From Trichinella spiralis (taxonomy: Eukaryota): a DNA stretch of 64,000 nt. The notes beneath the pieces are model-generated. The model was not told the DNA's origin, searched no databases, and saw only the letters and a program-made list of their open reading frames with translations. The position numbers and the translations under genes are program-made. Position 1 is the stretch's first letter. The number at the start of each line of letters is the position of its first letter. This document shows positions 27,046-52,452 of the stretch, piece by piece. The stretch covers positions 310,001 to 374,000 of the forward strand of contig NW_003526941.1 in assembly GCF_000181795.1 (NCBI RefSeq), given 5' to 3'.

Positions 27046-30000
27046 ATGAAAAAATATTTGCAATCATTGTTAGCACATCGGGTTAAACGTGGAAGTAGTG
27101 GGGGTGGGGGTGGGGCTTTTGGGGGTAATTGTGGTGGAGATGTAGGCGATGGGACCAACGATGGAACCTGCAAAACGGGCGCCAAGACAGCAAGAAACCG
27201 GTTTCTGACCAATGACGTCAAAACGGCAACGTCAACGTTGAATAGTTGCAGCGCCGCCGCGTACGGCGGCAAGACGCCGGCTAGCGATACTTTGTCCGTC
27301 AGTTGCAAGCAGAACGACAACAACAACAACAACAATTCCAAAGCCGGGCTGACGAAAAGCGTCCCGACCACGCCCTCTTCTTCTTCATCATCTTATTCTT
27401 ATTCTTCCTCTTCTCCGGCAAAGCATAATCATCCGGCGGCAAAGTCGATGAAAATCAAAATTGGCGGCCGTATGACTGATATTGCAGAATTGGAACGTCT
27501 ACTTGACGAAAAAGACAAACTAATTATCCAACAAGACAAAGATATTAAAATTCATCTGGCAAAAATTAAACAACACGAAGAGCAAATTAAATCTTTAAAA
27601 GTAAGCAATTTCATCATATCTATACATTTCTTGTTTACTTGTTTGTTATTTTTATTTCGAAAAGTTGTTGTTTACTATAAATGTGGGACGAAATTTTCAA
27701 AATTCAACGCGCACCAACCATTTGGCAGCAGCTTTGTTTGTTAAATCGATGAGAGACGCGCACATGCAAGCATAATAGATCGCATTTATCTATAAACTGC
27801 TGTAGCGCGTTTATTATTATTATTATTATTACTACTACTACTGGTATTGCTGTCATCAGCTTATTTCTGTTTGAATTATCAATTATGAAAAAAAAAACTT
27901 TTATATTATTAAAATAATTAATCGAAAAATTCCTTGTCAAATTTCGGCCACCACATCTTTTCTAGCTTATTTTTCGTTAGCAAACTGAAAGGTAGTGAAA
28001 GAGAGACACACAGGAAGCAGAACGTTTCTAGCTGACATGTTGTTGTTCATGAGCGTGCTTGCGTGTGCCAGCAAATTTTAATGGTGGCACCAACCGATTA
28101 GCTGATGCTATTTCCCATCCCCTCTTGCTACATTTCCTTATTATTTCTTTTTTTTATTTAAACGAAAACGTAGCTTTTATCAAAAATTAACTGTAAATTT
28201 CTCATTTATTTAACCCTATCAACTTGATGAACAAACTTATTTATTGTTATCCTTCAACTTACGTATATATTCATTCACTGGTGAACGCTTTTTATGCGAC
28301 AATGTGATGGATTTAAATTTCCAAAATTCACCATACATGTAAATGTATTTATCTTTATAATATGCTCTAACGCTTACTCGATTCTCTATTGAGCAACAAA
28401 TGCGTCTTACGGTTGACATTATTATTATTATTATTTTTGGTGTTGTTGTGAATTATCATTATGAAATCAAAGAAAAACAAAAAAAAAGCTATACATTTGA
28501 AACAATGATAAAGGAAATTACTAATCAAAATTATATAAATCACGCACCATGACCTAATTTATCATAAATATCTAAAATGTTATTTGCTTAAATATTTTGA
28601 TAATGAACAGCAGCAGGAAGTTGTAGCTTCTCCGCCTATTTCAATTGCATTTCTGATGGAAAACTTTTCAAAAAATAAAATAAATAAAACATTTCCATAC
28701 AAAACTTTTTCACAGTGTTGATTGATAAAGAAATATTCACTTGTTTATTTGTCTTGTATTATTTTTTTTTCTTTTGAAAATATTTCAAGATTCTAATCAA
28801 CGATAAAGGTCATCAATTTTGGCATTTGAAATCAGTTTAGCGAAATGGAAAAGATATTTTCCAATGCAATTTACGCAAATAGATGAATGAATTATTTATA
28901 AATTGAAAGCAAGTGCAGAATGAAATGGATGGATCAATCTCATTTCATGCGTTTTATTGTTCAACGTATAAATCGACTGACAGACATTTAATCTGATTAA
29001 TTAATTAATTCATTGGTCGATCAATTTGACTAAATTTTAAATAATAATAATAATGTTCTTGTTGTTTTTTGTTGTCAGTCAGAATGCGACAAACTGCGTT
29101 CAGTTTTGGATTTGAAAGTCGGCGAATCGCCCACGTCGAGGAGCAAATCCAGCGACGAACTGAGGGCACAGCTCCAGATGCAAGCAAGTATGGTCGGCCA
29201 GGCGGCAAATGTGAAGAAGCAGGGCGTCTCGGCCGAACCGAACACTTACAAAGACAAAGTGTCACTGATCCATTACAAGAAGAGTGGACAGTAATAATAA
29301 TTTTAATTTTAATTATTTCTCAAGAGAATTTCTTTTTCATTCATTTTATTCAGGTCCAAGCAGTTGATAAGAAATGCAATTTTGCAAAATGACTTCTTGA
29401 GGCATTTGGATCGTGAGCAAGTTTCAGAAATGGTCGAGTGCATGTACGAACGGGATGTACCGGAGAATGAGTTTGTCATTTGCGAAGGAGCAGCCGGTGC
29501 TCATCTCTACGTTGCAGCACGTGAGTTTATTCAATTCTGATTCATCATCACCAATTGGATTTTTCATTTTGTACATTGGCACCGACAGTTTCTGTTCTAC
29601 TATATCCGATGCTTGTTTCGCTTTTTTTTAGCAGCTTGTAACTGTTGCTCACTGAACGAAACAAATTTAAATGACAACAATTTCCAGTTGTTGTATTTTT
29701 TGGCTTAATATTTTTTTCTCGTATTTAGAAGGTGAATTACAAGTATTCAAAAATGAAAAGATGCTCGGGAAAATGGGTCCTGGCAAAGTATTCGGCGAAC
29801 TTGCTTTGCTTTACAACTGTACTCGTACTGCATCCGTGAAAGGTAATACTTCAACATCATTTAACATTACTTTTATTCTCTGACTTTCCACTTTTTATTT
29901 TTATTATTCATTTTTTAATATTAAAATTATTAGCCATGGGACCGGTGAAACTTTGGGTATTGGATAGAGCAGTTTTTCAAATGATCACCATGCGTCTTGG

Positions 30001-32999
30001 ATTGCAAAGGCACGAAACGTTGATGAATTTCCTACGCGACGTGCCACTGTTCAAAAATTTATCCGAAGACCGAATCAGCAAACTTGCCGACTCTATGGAT
30101 TTGGTAAAATAATTATTCATAATTATTTTCAACTACTTCAACAACAACAACAACAATGATGTTTGCTTGTTCTTCTTTTTTAAAGGATTATTTCACCGAA
30201 GGAACATATATTATACGTGAAGGTGAGAAAGGGGATCTCTTTTACATCATCACATCCGGAACGGTGAGATTCATTTGATTCGATTTCATATTAAAAATTT
30301 CCATTTTTCAAATAATCCTTTTTTCTTCGTTGCATAGGTTCGTGTTACGCAGCTTATTGATGGCAAAGATGAACCTCAAGAAATTCGAAAATTGCAAAAA
30401 GGTGATTTTTTTGGAGAAAAAGCATTGCTGGGGTAACTTTCTTTTCTTGATTAGTTTTCAATATTAAAAATTTATATATTTTCAGTGATGAAGTACGTAC
30501 TGCTTCGATTATAGCTGTTGATTCAGTTGAAGTTTTAACGTTGGATCGAGAGTAATTTTTAATACAATTTTCTACTATTTTGCATTTCAGATATTCTTAA
30601 TCATATTAATAATCATTGTATTTTATTATGATAGATCTTTTCAAAAATTGATCGGTGATTTAGAAGAATTGAAACGTGATTACGGTGACGAACAACGAGG
30701 TGCTAAAAGGTAAATATTCAAATTATCCCATACAAAACTACTTATCATGTTGTTTTACAATAAATAATTTTTCATCAGATTGGTCGATAAACGAATTTCT
30801 AGCAGTGACGGGTAGAAAAATTTTAATATCACTTGTTTTAGTAACGACGATGATTTTGGCATTTTTTTTATTTTTACAGAACTATCGATCGTTTTCCTTC
30901 AACTCCTACCAAAGTTGAATATGACAATGAAATTGCTGCGTTGGAATTGACTCATATGCAACCAATTGCAACTTTGGGAGTTGGTGGTTTTGGCCGTGTC
31001 GATTTGGTAAGTGAAATCAGAAAAAAAATTTCATTTTATATTAATTTATTCATAACGTTAATATAACGACATTTAATGTAGCAGTAAATGAGCTTTTGCA
31101 GCTGAATTTCAGCTTCAATTTTTGTAATATTTATTTTTTGTATTTTAACAATATGGGTTGATTTGGTTCGACATTTGACGATTTGTCAGTTCGATTTGTC
31201 AATTAGCATCAAGTCAGCTTGATGAAATTTCAGAATGGGAATTCTTTTTTGAACATACGCTGCGGTTGCTTGGAAATTGTTCTGTTTGACCATGACAAAT
31301 TATATTTTTGAAAAAGAAAAATAGGTTATCTTAATTTTTTTGATGCTTAATTAACCAGTTTAAATTGAACAATTGACAGATGAATTCACCTCGTGATATT
31401 AAAAGTTTTCACCTTTCTCGTGTGGAATAACTTTAATGCATTTTTCGTGTTTTGCATCAAAGATCACGTTTGACTGATTTTTACAATTGCAATAATAGAC
31501 GCATAAATTGAATTGCATTTGTAGTATTTTATTGCATAGTAAATGCAAAATATGTTGTACTGTATAGGTATTTTTGATACAAAATCCGACTAGAACGTTC
31601 GCTTTGAAAACGATGAAAAAAAAGCATATTGTTGACACTCGCCAGCAAGAGCACATTTTCAACGAACGTAATTTGATGTTTGAATTTCGTTCACCATATA
31701 TTGTAAGGTGAGATTTCTTTTCTTTTCTTTTCTTTTCTTTTTTTACACACTACAATAGGATAATTAATTTTCAAGTTCGTTAAATCAAAAAAAAATACAG
31801 AAAGAAAACATCCATACTATTGATGCTAAATATTTCTCTTTGTATATGTCTATGGGCGTGTGTTATATTTTCAAGTTATTGAAATTTGATTCAAATGAAT
31901 GTAAGAAATAAGCTTAATATATATAATAATCAATGCAATACAATACAATAGGTTGCACAAAACGTTTCGTGATAAGAAATATGTGTACATGCTGTTGGAA
32001 GCTTGCCTTGGTGGAGAAGTATGGACAATTTTGAGAGACAGGTAATGATGAATGATGTGAAACAACGTTTTTTAGCGTAATATTTTAATATTTTGCATTT
32101 TAGGGGTCATTTTGACGATTTGACAGCCAGATTTTATGTTGCCTGTGTTATTGAAGGTTTGGAATACCTTCATAGAAAGATGGTCATTTATCGTGATTTG
32201 AAACCTGAAAATTGTTTATTAGATGCTACTGGTCATTTGAAAATTGTAATTATTATATCACAGTTATCAATAAATTTCTGAATCATATAAACAGTATAAT
32301 TTGTAGGTGGACTTTGGTTTTGCCAAAAGACTGCCTAGTGGGCGAAAAACGTGGACATTCTGCGGTACGCCGGAATATGTTGCTCCGGAGATCATTCTTA
32401 ACAAGGGTCATGATCATTCGGCAGATTTTTGGGCTCTGGGAATTTTTATTTGTGAATTGCTCATGGGACGGTGAGTGGTGATTTCTATTTATGAGTTTGA
32501 AAAATGAGCTATAATTTATCAATATTTTCTCCTCTTCAGACCACCTTTTCAAGCTTCGGATCCAATGAAAACGTACACTTTGATATTGAAAGGGGTCGAT
32601 GCGTTGGATATTCCTAATCGTCGTATTGGTAAAACGGCTACCAGTTTGGTGAAAAAACTTTGTCGTGATAATCCAGCCGAAAGACTCGGCTGTCAATCCG
32701 GTGGATATGATGATCTTCGCAAGCACAGGTTATTTATTCCCATTGTGTATTGTTTATTTGTTTATTTTGATTGTGTTTATAGGTGGTTTGCCGGATTTGA
32801 TTGGGAAGGACTTCGCAGTCGTTCGTTACCACCTCCAATTATACCCAAAGTGAGTTTGTTAGTTATTTTGAAAAATGAACTCGAAAAGATACTTTTTATT
32901 CAGATCAACGGTCCTACGGATATTAGCAATTTCGATCATTATCCAGCCGATTATGATGTGCCACCGGATGAACTTTCCGGCTGGGATGAAGGTTTTTGA
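27046..32999 (+). CDS. egl-4: cGMP-dependent protein kinase (18 exons: 27046-27600, 29079-29290, 29354-29520, 29729-29842, 29934-30103, 30186-30263, 30338-30432, 30486-30551, 30635-30709, 30779-30811, 30880-31006, 31568-31707, 31952-32041, 32104-32245, 32307-32470, 32540-32728, 32783-32849, 32904-32999; about 859 aa)
   Basis: Coiled-coil dimerisation region ending ECDKLRSVL, pseudosubstrate KKQGVSAEP and two cNMP-binding domains ([31 protein letters not shown]). Kinase motifs [23 protein letters not shown] and [10 protein letters not shown], with C-terminus [12 protein letters not shown]. The start codon choice is uncertain. Confidence 0.96.
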
Positions 33000-33051
33000 A
33001 ATTGTACCCTGAACGCAGCAGCTAAATTCTCTTTAAGACAAGAAAATATGC

Positions 33052-33082
<31 letters not shown>

Positions 33083-34934
33083 ATCGTCACGCCGATTCTC
33101 AAAATGATGTTGCCTACGTTGTTTAAATAATTGCTTGTTTATTTATTTTCACAGATGTGAAAATTTCCATTTTTCAATAATAACTACAGCTCATATGTGT
33201 TACCTTTGTGTTGTTTATTTATTTATTTATTTATTTTTGGCATTTAATCGTTTATTCTTTCGTGTCATCTTGTTCATCAGCATGATGATGATGATGATGA
33301 TAATGCATTACTGGAGCATTTTTTGCTTTGTCATTTTTCAATGTGTTTGTGTGTCTGTCTTGATGATATTTTTCTTATTATAACAAAGGCAACGGTTCTT
33401 TTCCAATACTTATTAAGATGAAAAAAATTGCATCTGCACAAGTGTCTGAAACTTGGCCAGACTTCGCTGAATGCCAATTGTCACTTGGTTGCCTTACATG
33501 AGAATATTACTGTATTACTTGTTTATCTTTGAAATTGGAATTTCATTTTTTCCACTCATCTCTGCTCTGTCGTAGTAACCTTTACGGATTGCTTTTTTTT
33601 CTTCCGGTTCTTCTGTCACAACTTCCAACATTTCTCTCGTCGGCCAAGAAATGTAACCATCATTTATGCAATAAATGTTCTATCACTTTTATTGGTGCCC
33701 GGCCAACACCACGGCCGATAAACATCCCGCTGAATATGAAATGCTCTCTTTCGTATTTGTAATTCGCTTTTTGCTCATGTTTTTTATTACAATAAATAAT
33801 TAGAGTGAATTATTCTTTTCTTAATCTAATTTGAAAATACATTTGAAACAAAGATTCATCATTTCAAATGACCAAAAAATACCTGCAATAAAATACGGTA
33901 GAATTGAATGATAATTAAGTAAAGTTCAAGTTTATACTCGGTTGTTTTCTTCGTTGTTGGTCAGTCATTTGCATTCGAATAAATATTAATCAATTAATAG
34001 ATAATCGAAGAAATAAGAATCAATTAATAAACACAATAAAGTCATATAAATTAGACAATATTTGCAACTGAGAAGTTTTTTATTGTTCTTTTTATTTTTA
34101 CATAAAAACGACAATAAATAATAAGATTATTTAAAGTTTGTGAAATCAAAAAAATAATGTTGTAATACTTCGCCTGAAAAAAATTTGGAATAAAATAGAT
34201 AGAAAATATGTAATACTTTACTTTTATTATTCCTTTTTTAATAGAAAATGTGACATTCTACTGTAGCGAGGTTGATGATGAAATATTTCGATTAAATTGT
34301 TTCTTTTTTGAATTTTTATTTTAAGAAAAATCTTTTCTAAGTGTTCAAAAATGGCGAGACAATAGCTTGTATTGTTGTTTGAAAAAAGGCGACCGAAAAA
34401 CCTACACGCGCAAAGGTGGAGGCAATTTTCGCCAAAGGGTACGTATGTATATATGTATACGTAGTGATGTTTTCTTCTTTTTTTTGTAACAACCTAATAT
34501 GGATGCCTTGTATTTGAGAATCGTAAGAAACATGTAGATTTATTGATGGAATAATATTTATTAATTATATTTTGAATAAAAATAAGATTGACTAAATGAC
34601 AGAGAGCACGATTTGGACAACGATCTGCACTCGATTGACCCGTTTTCAAATAGCTGCCAACGTTGACATGAGCTCTTTGAAAAGCCTTATGCGACCCTTC
34701 AACGTATAACCCAGTTTAATAGAGGAACGATTGAAAAGTGCCTCCGCATGTTGAATGCGACCACTGCGAGCTGGCGAGTTCCACTGTTCTGTTGTTCAAT
34801 GGCCGGATGTTACTGTTTCTAGTTAACGTCACTGAACTTGATCAACCAAAAATACTGTCTCGTACTTTGCATCCTTTGTAAAAATTTCCCCATACCAAGC
34901 GGTCTGCTTTTCTGCATACAATGCGGATAACATC

Positions 34935-37900
34935 ATGCGCAGGCTGATAAAAAAATCTCCATCTTCTTCCTCACTGGCAAGAAGTTTTCAGCAATATTCC
35001 ATATTATTTTTCATCTCTTTTTTTCACATCGGTATTTATTTATTCATTTGATTTGTATTTCAAATTATACTTTTATTTCACTATTTTCAGTCCAACCATG
35101 CGCTAGGCATGCTAGAGAGGGAGGCAGATCCAAATATCGTAAGTTTTATTGTTTGGTTTTTAAATTTTAAAATTACAATGAAAAAACCCTCATGCATGTA
35201 GTAGTAGTAGTAGTAGTAGTAGTCATGAATGAAATCATTTTTGTAGCTATTGATAAATATGTAACACAACTTGGAGATATACCAATGGTGAGTGGTCAGG
35301 CAGCGCAACGATTCGAACCACACATGGCCGCTTTGACGTGTAATTTTGAACCAAACGAACCGTGCGCATGGGGTAATTTACCCGGCGGTGCTCTGCTGTG
35401 GAAACGTGTACGTTTCAAAGAACCGAAACCGAGCAAAAATCAAATGAAATCGATCACGAGCAAATCTGAAACTCCCGGTTATTGATTTTCTGATTTATTA
35501 TGCATATATATATATATATATATATCTTGATTAATACATTTTTCTAGAAGGTGCATTTGCGGTGATTGGATCCGAATCAGGAAGAGGCGAAGGGGAGAAT
35601 TATGTCGGTTCATTAGTGGCAACCATTCCGTGCCAAAAAGGACCCGGTAAATTGTCATTTGAGTATGTTGTGTTGTTTTTCATTTCATTTTTCAAAAATT
35701 CCAAATTACAAAAGTAGTTTTCATTTTTAAAATGCTCAACGCTTCATAGTCATTGGACAAATTCGCAATCGAACGATTTGACCGTCTGTGTGGTTCCGAT
35801 GCAATCATCAGAAGAGAAGCGATGTATCGGCTCAGTAAGACGAACAAGTCCCAATCCAATCCGTTTCACCATACCAGCACCCGATGATGAACGTCCATTC
35901 CAGGTGAAAGCATTATCATATCTAGATATCTAGGTGGATAAATAGATAGACAGGCAGGCAGGCAGGCAGGTTGGTGGGTAGATTTTTATTTTGTCATCAT
36001 CATGTCAATTAATTCACTTAGCTTCACTAGTCAAATTACCCTGAACAATTCAACTAACTGTCGGTGTTACCCAATTCTAATTCTAAACGTGATTCAAAAT
36101 GAATTTCATACAACAATGCAATCGTTTAGCTTGAAATCAGCAAGCAAACAATTTCAAAATATAGTTCAAACTTTTATATTATTTAACAACCAAATAAGTA
36201 CATAAATAAATACATACATACATATATACTATATGTTCAGGAATTAATTTTGAAAAAAAAGCAAACAAACAAACCAGAAAAATATGATAATACTGAGAAG
36301 AATGTCAACATTTTGCGGAACATTGCATCAATACTGTTGAAATATTCATTTCAACCAGCCCTTTTCAAGGATATGATACTTCCTAACCAGTTTAATGTTT
36401 TATTTATTTTTCCATTTGAATAATTTTATTTTCAACAATTTTGTAAAACATATTTGCACATTTATTCTTTTGAAAATCGATTAAAAATTTCTTGGTTTTC
36501 ATTACTATACAATACTCGTCGTATAATGTTCGTTATATAAAATCAAAAAGTTTCTTTAAAAACACAATTGATATTATCATCTGGGATATTTTGAACAGTA
36601 TTCAATTTCATCAGTACTCAATTTTTTGCTCAATCTATGCTTTAGCAGGACGAAAATTAGCATACGCATAAAATGATTTCTGATCGGTATTGTATTTTAA
36701 CATATTTATAGTCGTGTGTTTGCAAAAGAACAATGCATTTGAAAAAAAAACCGGGTTATGCATTAAAATAGTTCACATTGTAAATTTAAAGGAGAGAATA
36801 CCTTTTTTCCCTTCTTTTTTGCTTCCAACTGTTTGCTAGCTCATCTATTGAATTTGATTTCATAAAAAACAATCTTTAAATAAATTGAAATTAATGTATA
36901 AAAGTTTTATATTCATAAACTAGAAAATAATAAGGTCGGCAATATTTACAAGTAATGGCATAAATTTGAGCATTCCCAAGCTGTTTATCTCTCTTATACT
37001 TTCTGTTAATTTTACACATTTCATTCTTTTATTTTTGTGATGTTTTACTACAATTGGTAAGAAGATTGTTTTTATCGAATTTTTGTTTCGACTTGAATTA
37101 TATTGTACATGTATGTAAAATGTTGACAATTATTGTTGCCCTTTTTGATGTAACAAAATTTAAAATAATACAGTAATTGTTGATGTTGAGGAATTAATTT
37201 TACTGCAACGTTAGCAAGATGAGAATTGAAAAAATTACGTATCTGCTCAAGTTTGTCAACATTACACGTTTAATATTTACATTTTTTCTTTGTAATAAAT
37301 AGTAATTTTAATAAAATCATATAAATTATATATTTTATAGATTCGAATGGAAGTTCGTGGATTTAGTCAACCCGGTTTTATCATGATTGACAACATTAAT
37401 TACGAAGCTGACTTATGCGGTGCGCCATCAAAATTTGCGCTAACCAAGGTGATATTTTGTTCCCAATTTATTAAAATGACAAAAGTAGAAGCAATTCTTT
37501 TTTTTAATAACCAGGAAGTTTCAAAATATAATTTTTTGACGTGTTTTGAATTTTGCAAAAAAAAAGTGTGAAGAAGTTTAAGAAAAGATTGATTGAAAGT
37601 TTTCAAAACGTCTGAGATGTTGCGCATTTTACGCAAAACCAAATATCTTTGCTATATTGTGCTCTGTGGAACCGTAGTGAAATTTTAGTTTAAAATTTCC
37701 TTGAATTCTGAATGACAAAAATTGAACAAAAGAAGCATTTTATTGAAATTCAATTTTTCAAAAATAGTTTTTCATTTTCTCAGCTTTAACAAGTTGTATA
37801 AATTTTGTGAAAAAGAGCCTCAGTTTGAGTTAATATTATAAAATGATAATTAAGATTTTGTTCAACATTTTCAAATAGATTTCACTGATAGTTGACTTAT

Positions 37901-39069
37901 TTAATAATTATTGAAGCATCAATGAGTGGGGGTTTAAAAGGCTCTTTTTCACATTTTAGGAAAATTCGCTGCCCTCAGATCGAAAATTTCCCACTGCTCC
38001 AGTGGTTTTGCCGAACCTTCTCAATCTTGGACGTTTACTGAAGGTAAAATTAAAACGAAGAAATGCGAAAAATGGGAACGTTTTCATAAACATTAAGAAA
38101 AAAGCATATTTCGTAACCACAAGTAGTCTTTTGCTTCTCATAAAGGAAGGGATTACGAAAACAATATATCATTTTGATGTAATTTTTTTCATGATAATTA
38201 TTTCCAATTGTTTTAGCCAACGGCAGTCAAGCCGAAGCCAAATCAGATTGGAAATAGTCGCTGTGTCGAGTTACTCAGTTGTGATTTTGAATCTGGTAAA
38301 CAGATAATATTAAAAATTGATAAATCATCTTGTAAAGTATTGGTTGCGAAATATTGAGATGTGAATAATTTTCTGTTTCAGGTACAAGTTGTTTCTACGA
38401 TGTGAAAGCAAGTAGAAATGGTCAGTGGAATGTTGGTTCTGGTAGAACCGGCAACCGTCTTACTGGAATACGTGTTGATGGTTCTGGCAATGCGAGAGGT
38501 ACGATTATTATTATTATTATTATTATTAATGGAATAATGTAAATTTCAATAATGATTTTAAAGGATATTACGCATTTGTTGGTCGAGATTATCCGGATGT
38601 CGATGGGGACGCCAGTTCAAAACAGTCTGTTTACATTTTGCAGAGTCCGGAGACAACTTTCAAGAAAGCAGTTAAACTTTATTATGACGTTTTCTTGAAA
38701 TCTAGCAGTCCAGAATTGAAAGTTGGTTATTTTATAAAGTTCACAGATACAAATAAATAAATAAATAAATATTTATTGTTTCAATCAATTATTTTAAGGT
38801 ATGCATCAATGATCTTTCAGTATGCCCAAAAGTGTACACGTTGAAAAACGTGCGAAGCACTAGTGACGGTTGGCTGAGGCGTGAAAGCATCATGCTTAAT
38901 CCAAGCTCAAAAAGAGTGAGTGAATGAATAATCAAATGAAACCTTTCTTAATGTATTTTATTGATTCACAATGCTTTTTCAGGTCATGTTCATTGTCAAA
39001 AGTTTGCCAGCAAACCAATACGTTGCTCTCGACAACATTGCCATAGAAAATGGGCAGGATGCTTGCTAG
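34935..39069 (+). CDS. Predicted secreted protein with two tandem MAM-like domains (12 exons: 34935-35031, 35091-35138, 35247-35477, 35548-35662, 35750-35903, 37341-37448, 37960-38043, 38217-38295, 38382-38498, 38564-38721, 38799-38915, 38983-39069; 464 aa)
   Basis: Hydrophobic segment YSILFFISFFHIVQP near the N-terminus. Domain 1 runs LTCNFEPNEPCAW...FIMIDNINY and domain 2 runs LSCDFESGTSCFY...LQSP...YVALDNIAI, matching MAM start and end signatures. All 11 introns are GT-AG and the frame is continuous (1395 nt). Confidence 0.85.
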
Positions 39070-41160
39070 ACACTGTTTAATGTTCAATTTTTAAAAATAG
39101 GTCGCGGATTTTGCTACAGTAAATATTTGTTTTCTTTTTTTAAAATATTGCTAAATTTTCAATAAATTATGCACAAATTCAATCGGATGGATTAATTGAT
39201 TGAAATTATTCTCTCCATTTGTTATCAAAAGTTATAAATTTTGCAATTATAATGTTGGAATGATGTTCAAAAAATTGTTTAAAAATTTGCAATTAAATGA
39301 CATTAAAATGTATTAAATCAAGTTCAAAATGGAAAAGCAGAAACAATTTACTTGTTTAAGAAAAAACTGAAATTGAGAATATATGATTTTTCAATTTTAT
39401 AATTCAATTTTGGCTACTTCTTTTTGAATGATTCAAATGTAAACATTTAATGAATGGAATAATCTGGATAGGTGAACGTTGTCAAATATTTGTGTTTACC
39501 AAAACGCTGTGAGTATGTGTGTGTGTGTGTGTTGAATAAAAGTAAATAAATAAAATTTCATCTTATACTTTGTTGAAGTGAAAAAAACATATTCTTTTTC
39601 ATTATGCGAACGCATTTGCTTGAAAAAGCTTTAGTTTTCCTCTTTGATTTCTCATGCTCGAAAGGGCTCTATAGAAATCAGTAGACATTTTTCTTCGATT
39701 TTTAACTTTGATAAAAAATAAAAACAAACTGATTAATTTCTATTGAAAGGGAAAATTGATTGATAAAGACATTTACCTATTGACTGCTCATGCTTTTTCT
39801 TCTATTCATGCTTAATGAAATTACATCGATTTCAAATATGCCTAAAAATGGAAAACTAACAAACCAACTGAACAAAAAACTTTCCTATTCAATCTAATGC
39901 AATTCATCAATAATACTTATATAGATATTCTTTTATTGCAGTTGTTTTTTTTTAACTTAAAAATATTTACATTACTTGTAATTCCAATTTAAAAGTATTA
40001 TTACTCATGTTTGTTTGATAAAAGTAAAAGTAGAGAATAATTTTTTTTCAATTGCATTATCATCTCTCTCGTCTATAATGCAATAGTATTGTAAAGTAAA
40101 AAAGAAAATAAACATACTGCATCTATTCATTTCTTCCATTTATCAACATACGATATAAAAATAATATTTTTGCAACAAGTAGCTTTTCGGATGCAAGATT
40201 TTCCATTTAAAACCTTGAATTCAAAATTAACACAGTAAAACTATTTAATTGATCAGTAATTGCATTAAAATTAAACAAATTACGTGAAAATCAGAAAAAT
40301 TTCATGTGAAATTTGTGTCATTAAAGAATAGTAAGTCATATTGACTACTTGAAAGGAATATTATTTTCAAGGGAAAATATTTACTTAAATCACTAATCGA
40401 AAGTAAATTGTAAAGTATGAATTAAACAACAATAACATTTCACAGGTCTATGTAAGTGCGTGCAAGTTTTGATTGTGAAAATTAATCATGAGAAATAAAA
40501 ACCTTCGTAAGTTAAATTTAAATTAAATAAAGATTATATTGACAAATAGTTGAAAAAAATTTTCAAAAACATCAATTTATCGCTTCATTAATTCAATTTG
40601 TCTTTAATATACTTTGAACGTTTTACCGTATGGCAAAGTAAAAATGTAATAACAGGTGTGAATTTGATAAATTATTTAAATATAAATTTTAAAATAATTA
40701 AAATATCATTATTATGAACTGTATAAATATTTAAAAAGTGAATAATGTTCAATTGGGTACAATGCGACGTTACATTATTTTCTATACTGTAACCAACTAG
40801 TTTCTTTCTGTAAGTAATGGAAGTTCAATCCTGCTTGTCAAAAAGCATGCATCACGATCAGATGGGAGTCGCGCCTTTGTTCATTAAAGTTTATTTGAGG
40901 AAGAAAGTGCAGTTTTTTGTTATTTAAAAATCGAAAGTAAACGGTGATAAATTTTCTTTGTGCCATACTGATTGGAATTTTTCTAGAAACAAAATTGCCG
41001 TCCATTTGGCAGCTGATTTTTTGTCATTTGTTGCGGATAGTCGATTTTATATTTCTTTTTTTGTTTCGACCACTGGCTAAAAGTGCAGAAAGCTATGCGG
41101 ATGCAATTTTTGTGTAAAATTTTCTTGGTCCTTTGATGCGCTATTTTTGTCCGGGTCGAG

Positions 41161-52452
<11,292 letters not shown>

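Noticed and set aside
34660..34670. In-frame TGA as selenocysteine or readthrough
   Set aside because: No recognisable selenoprotein context, start codon or SECIS element.
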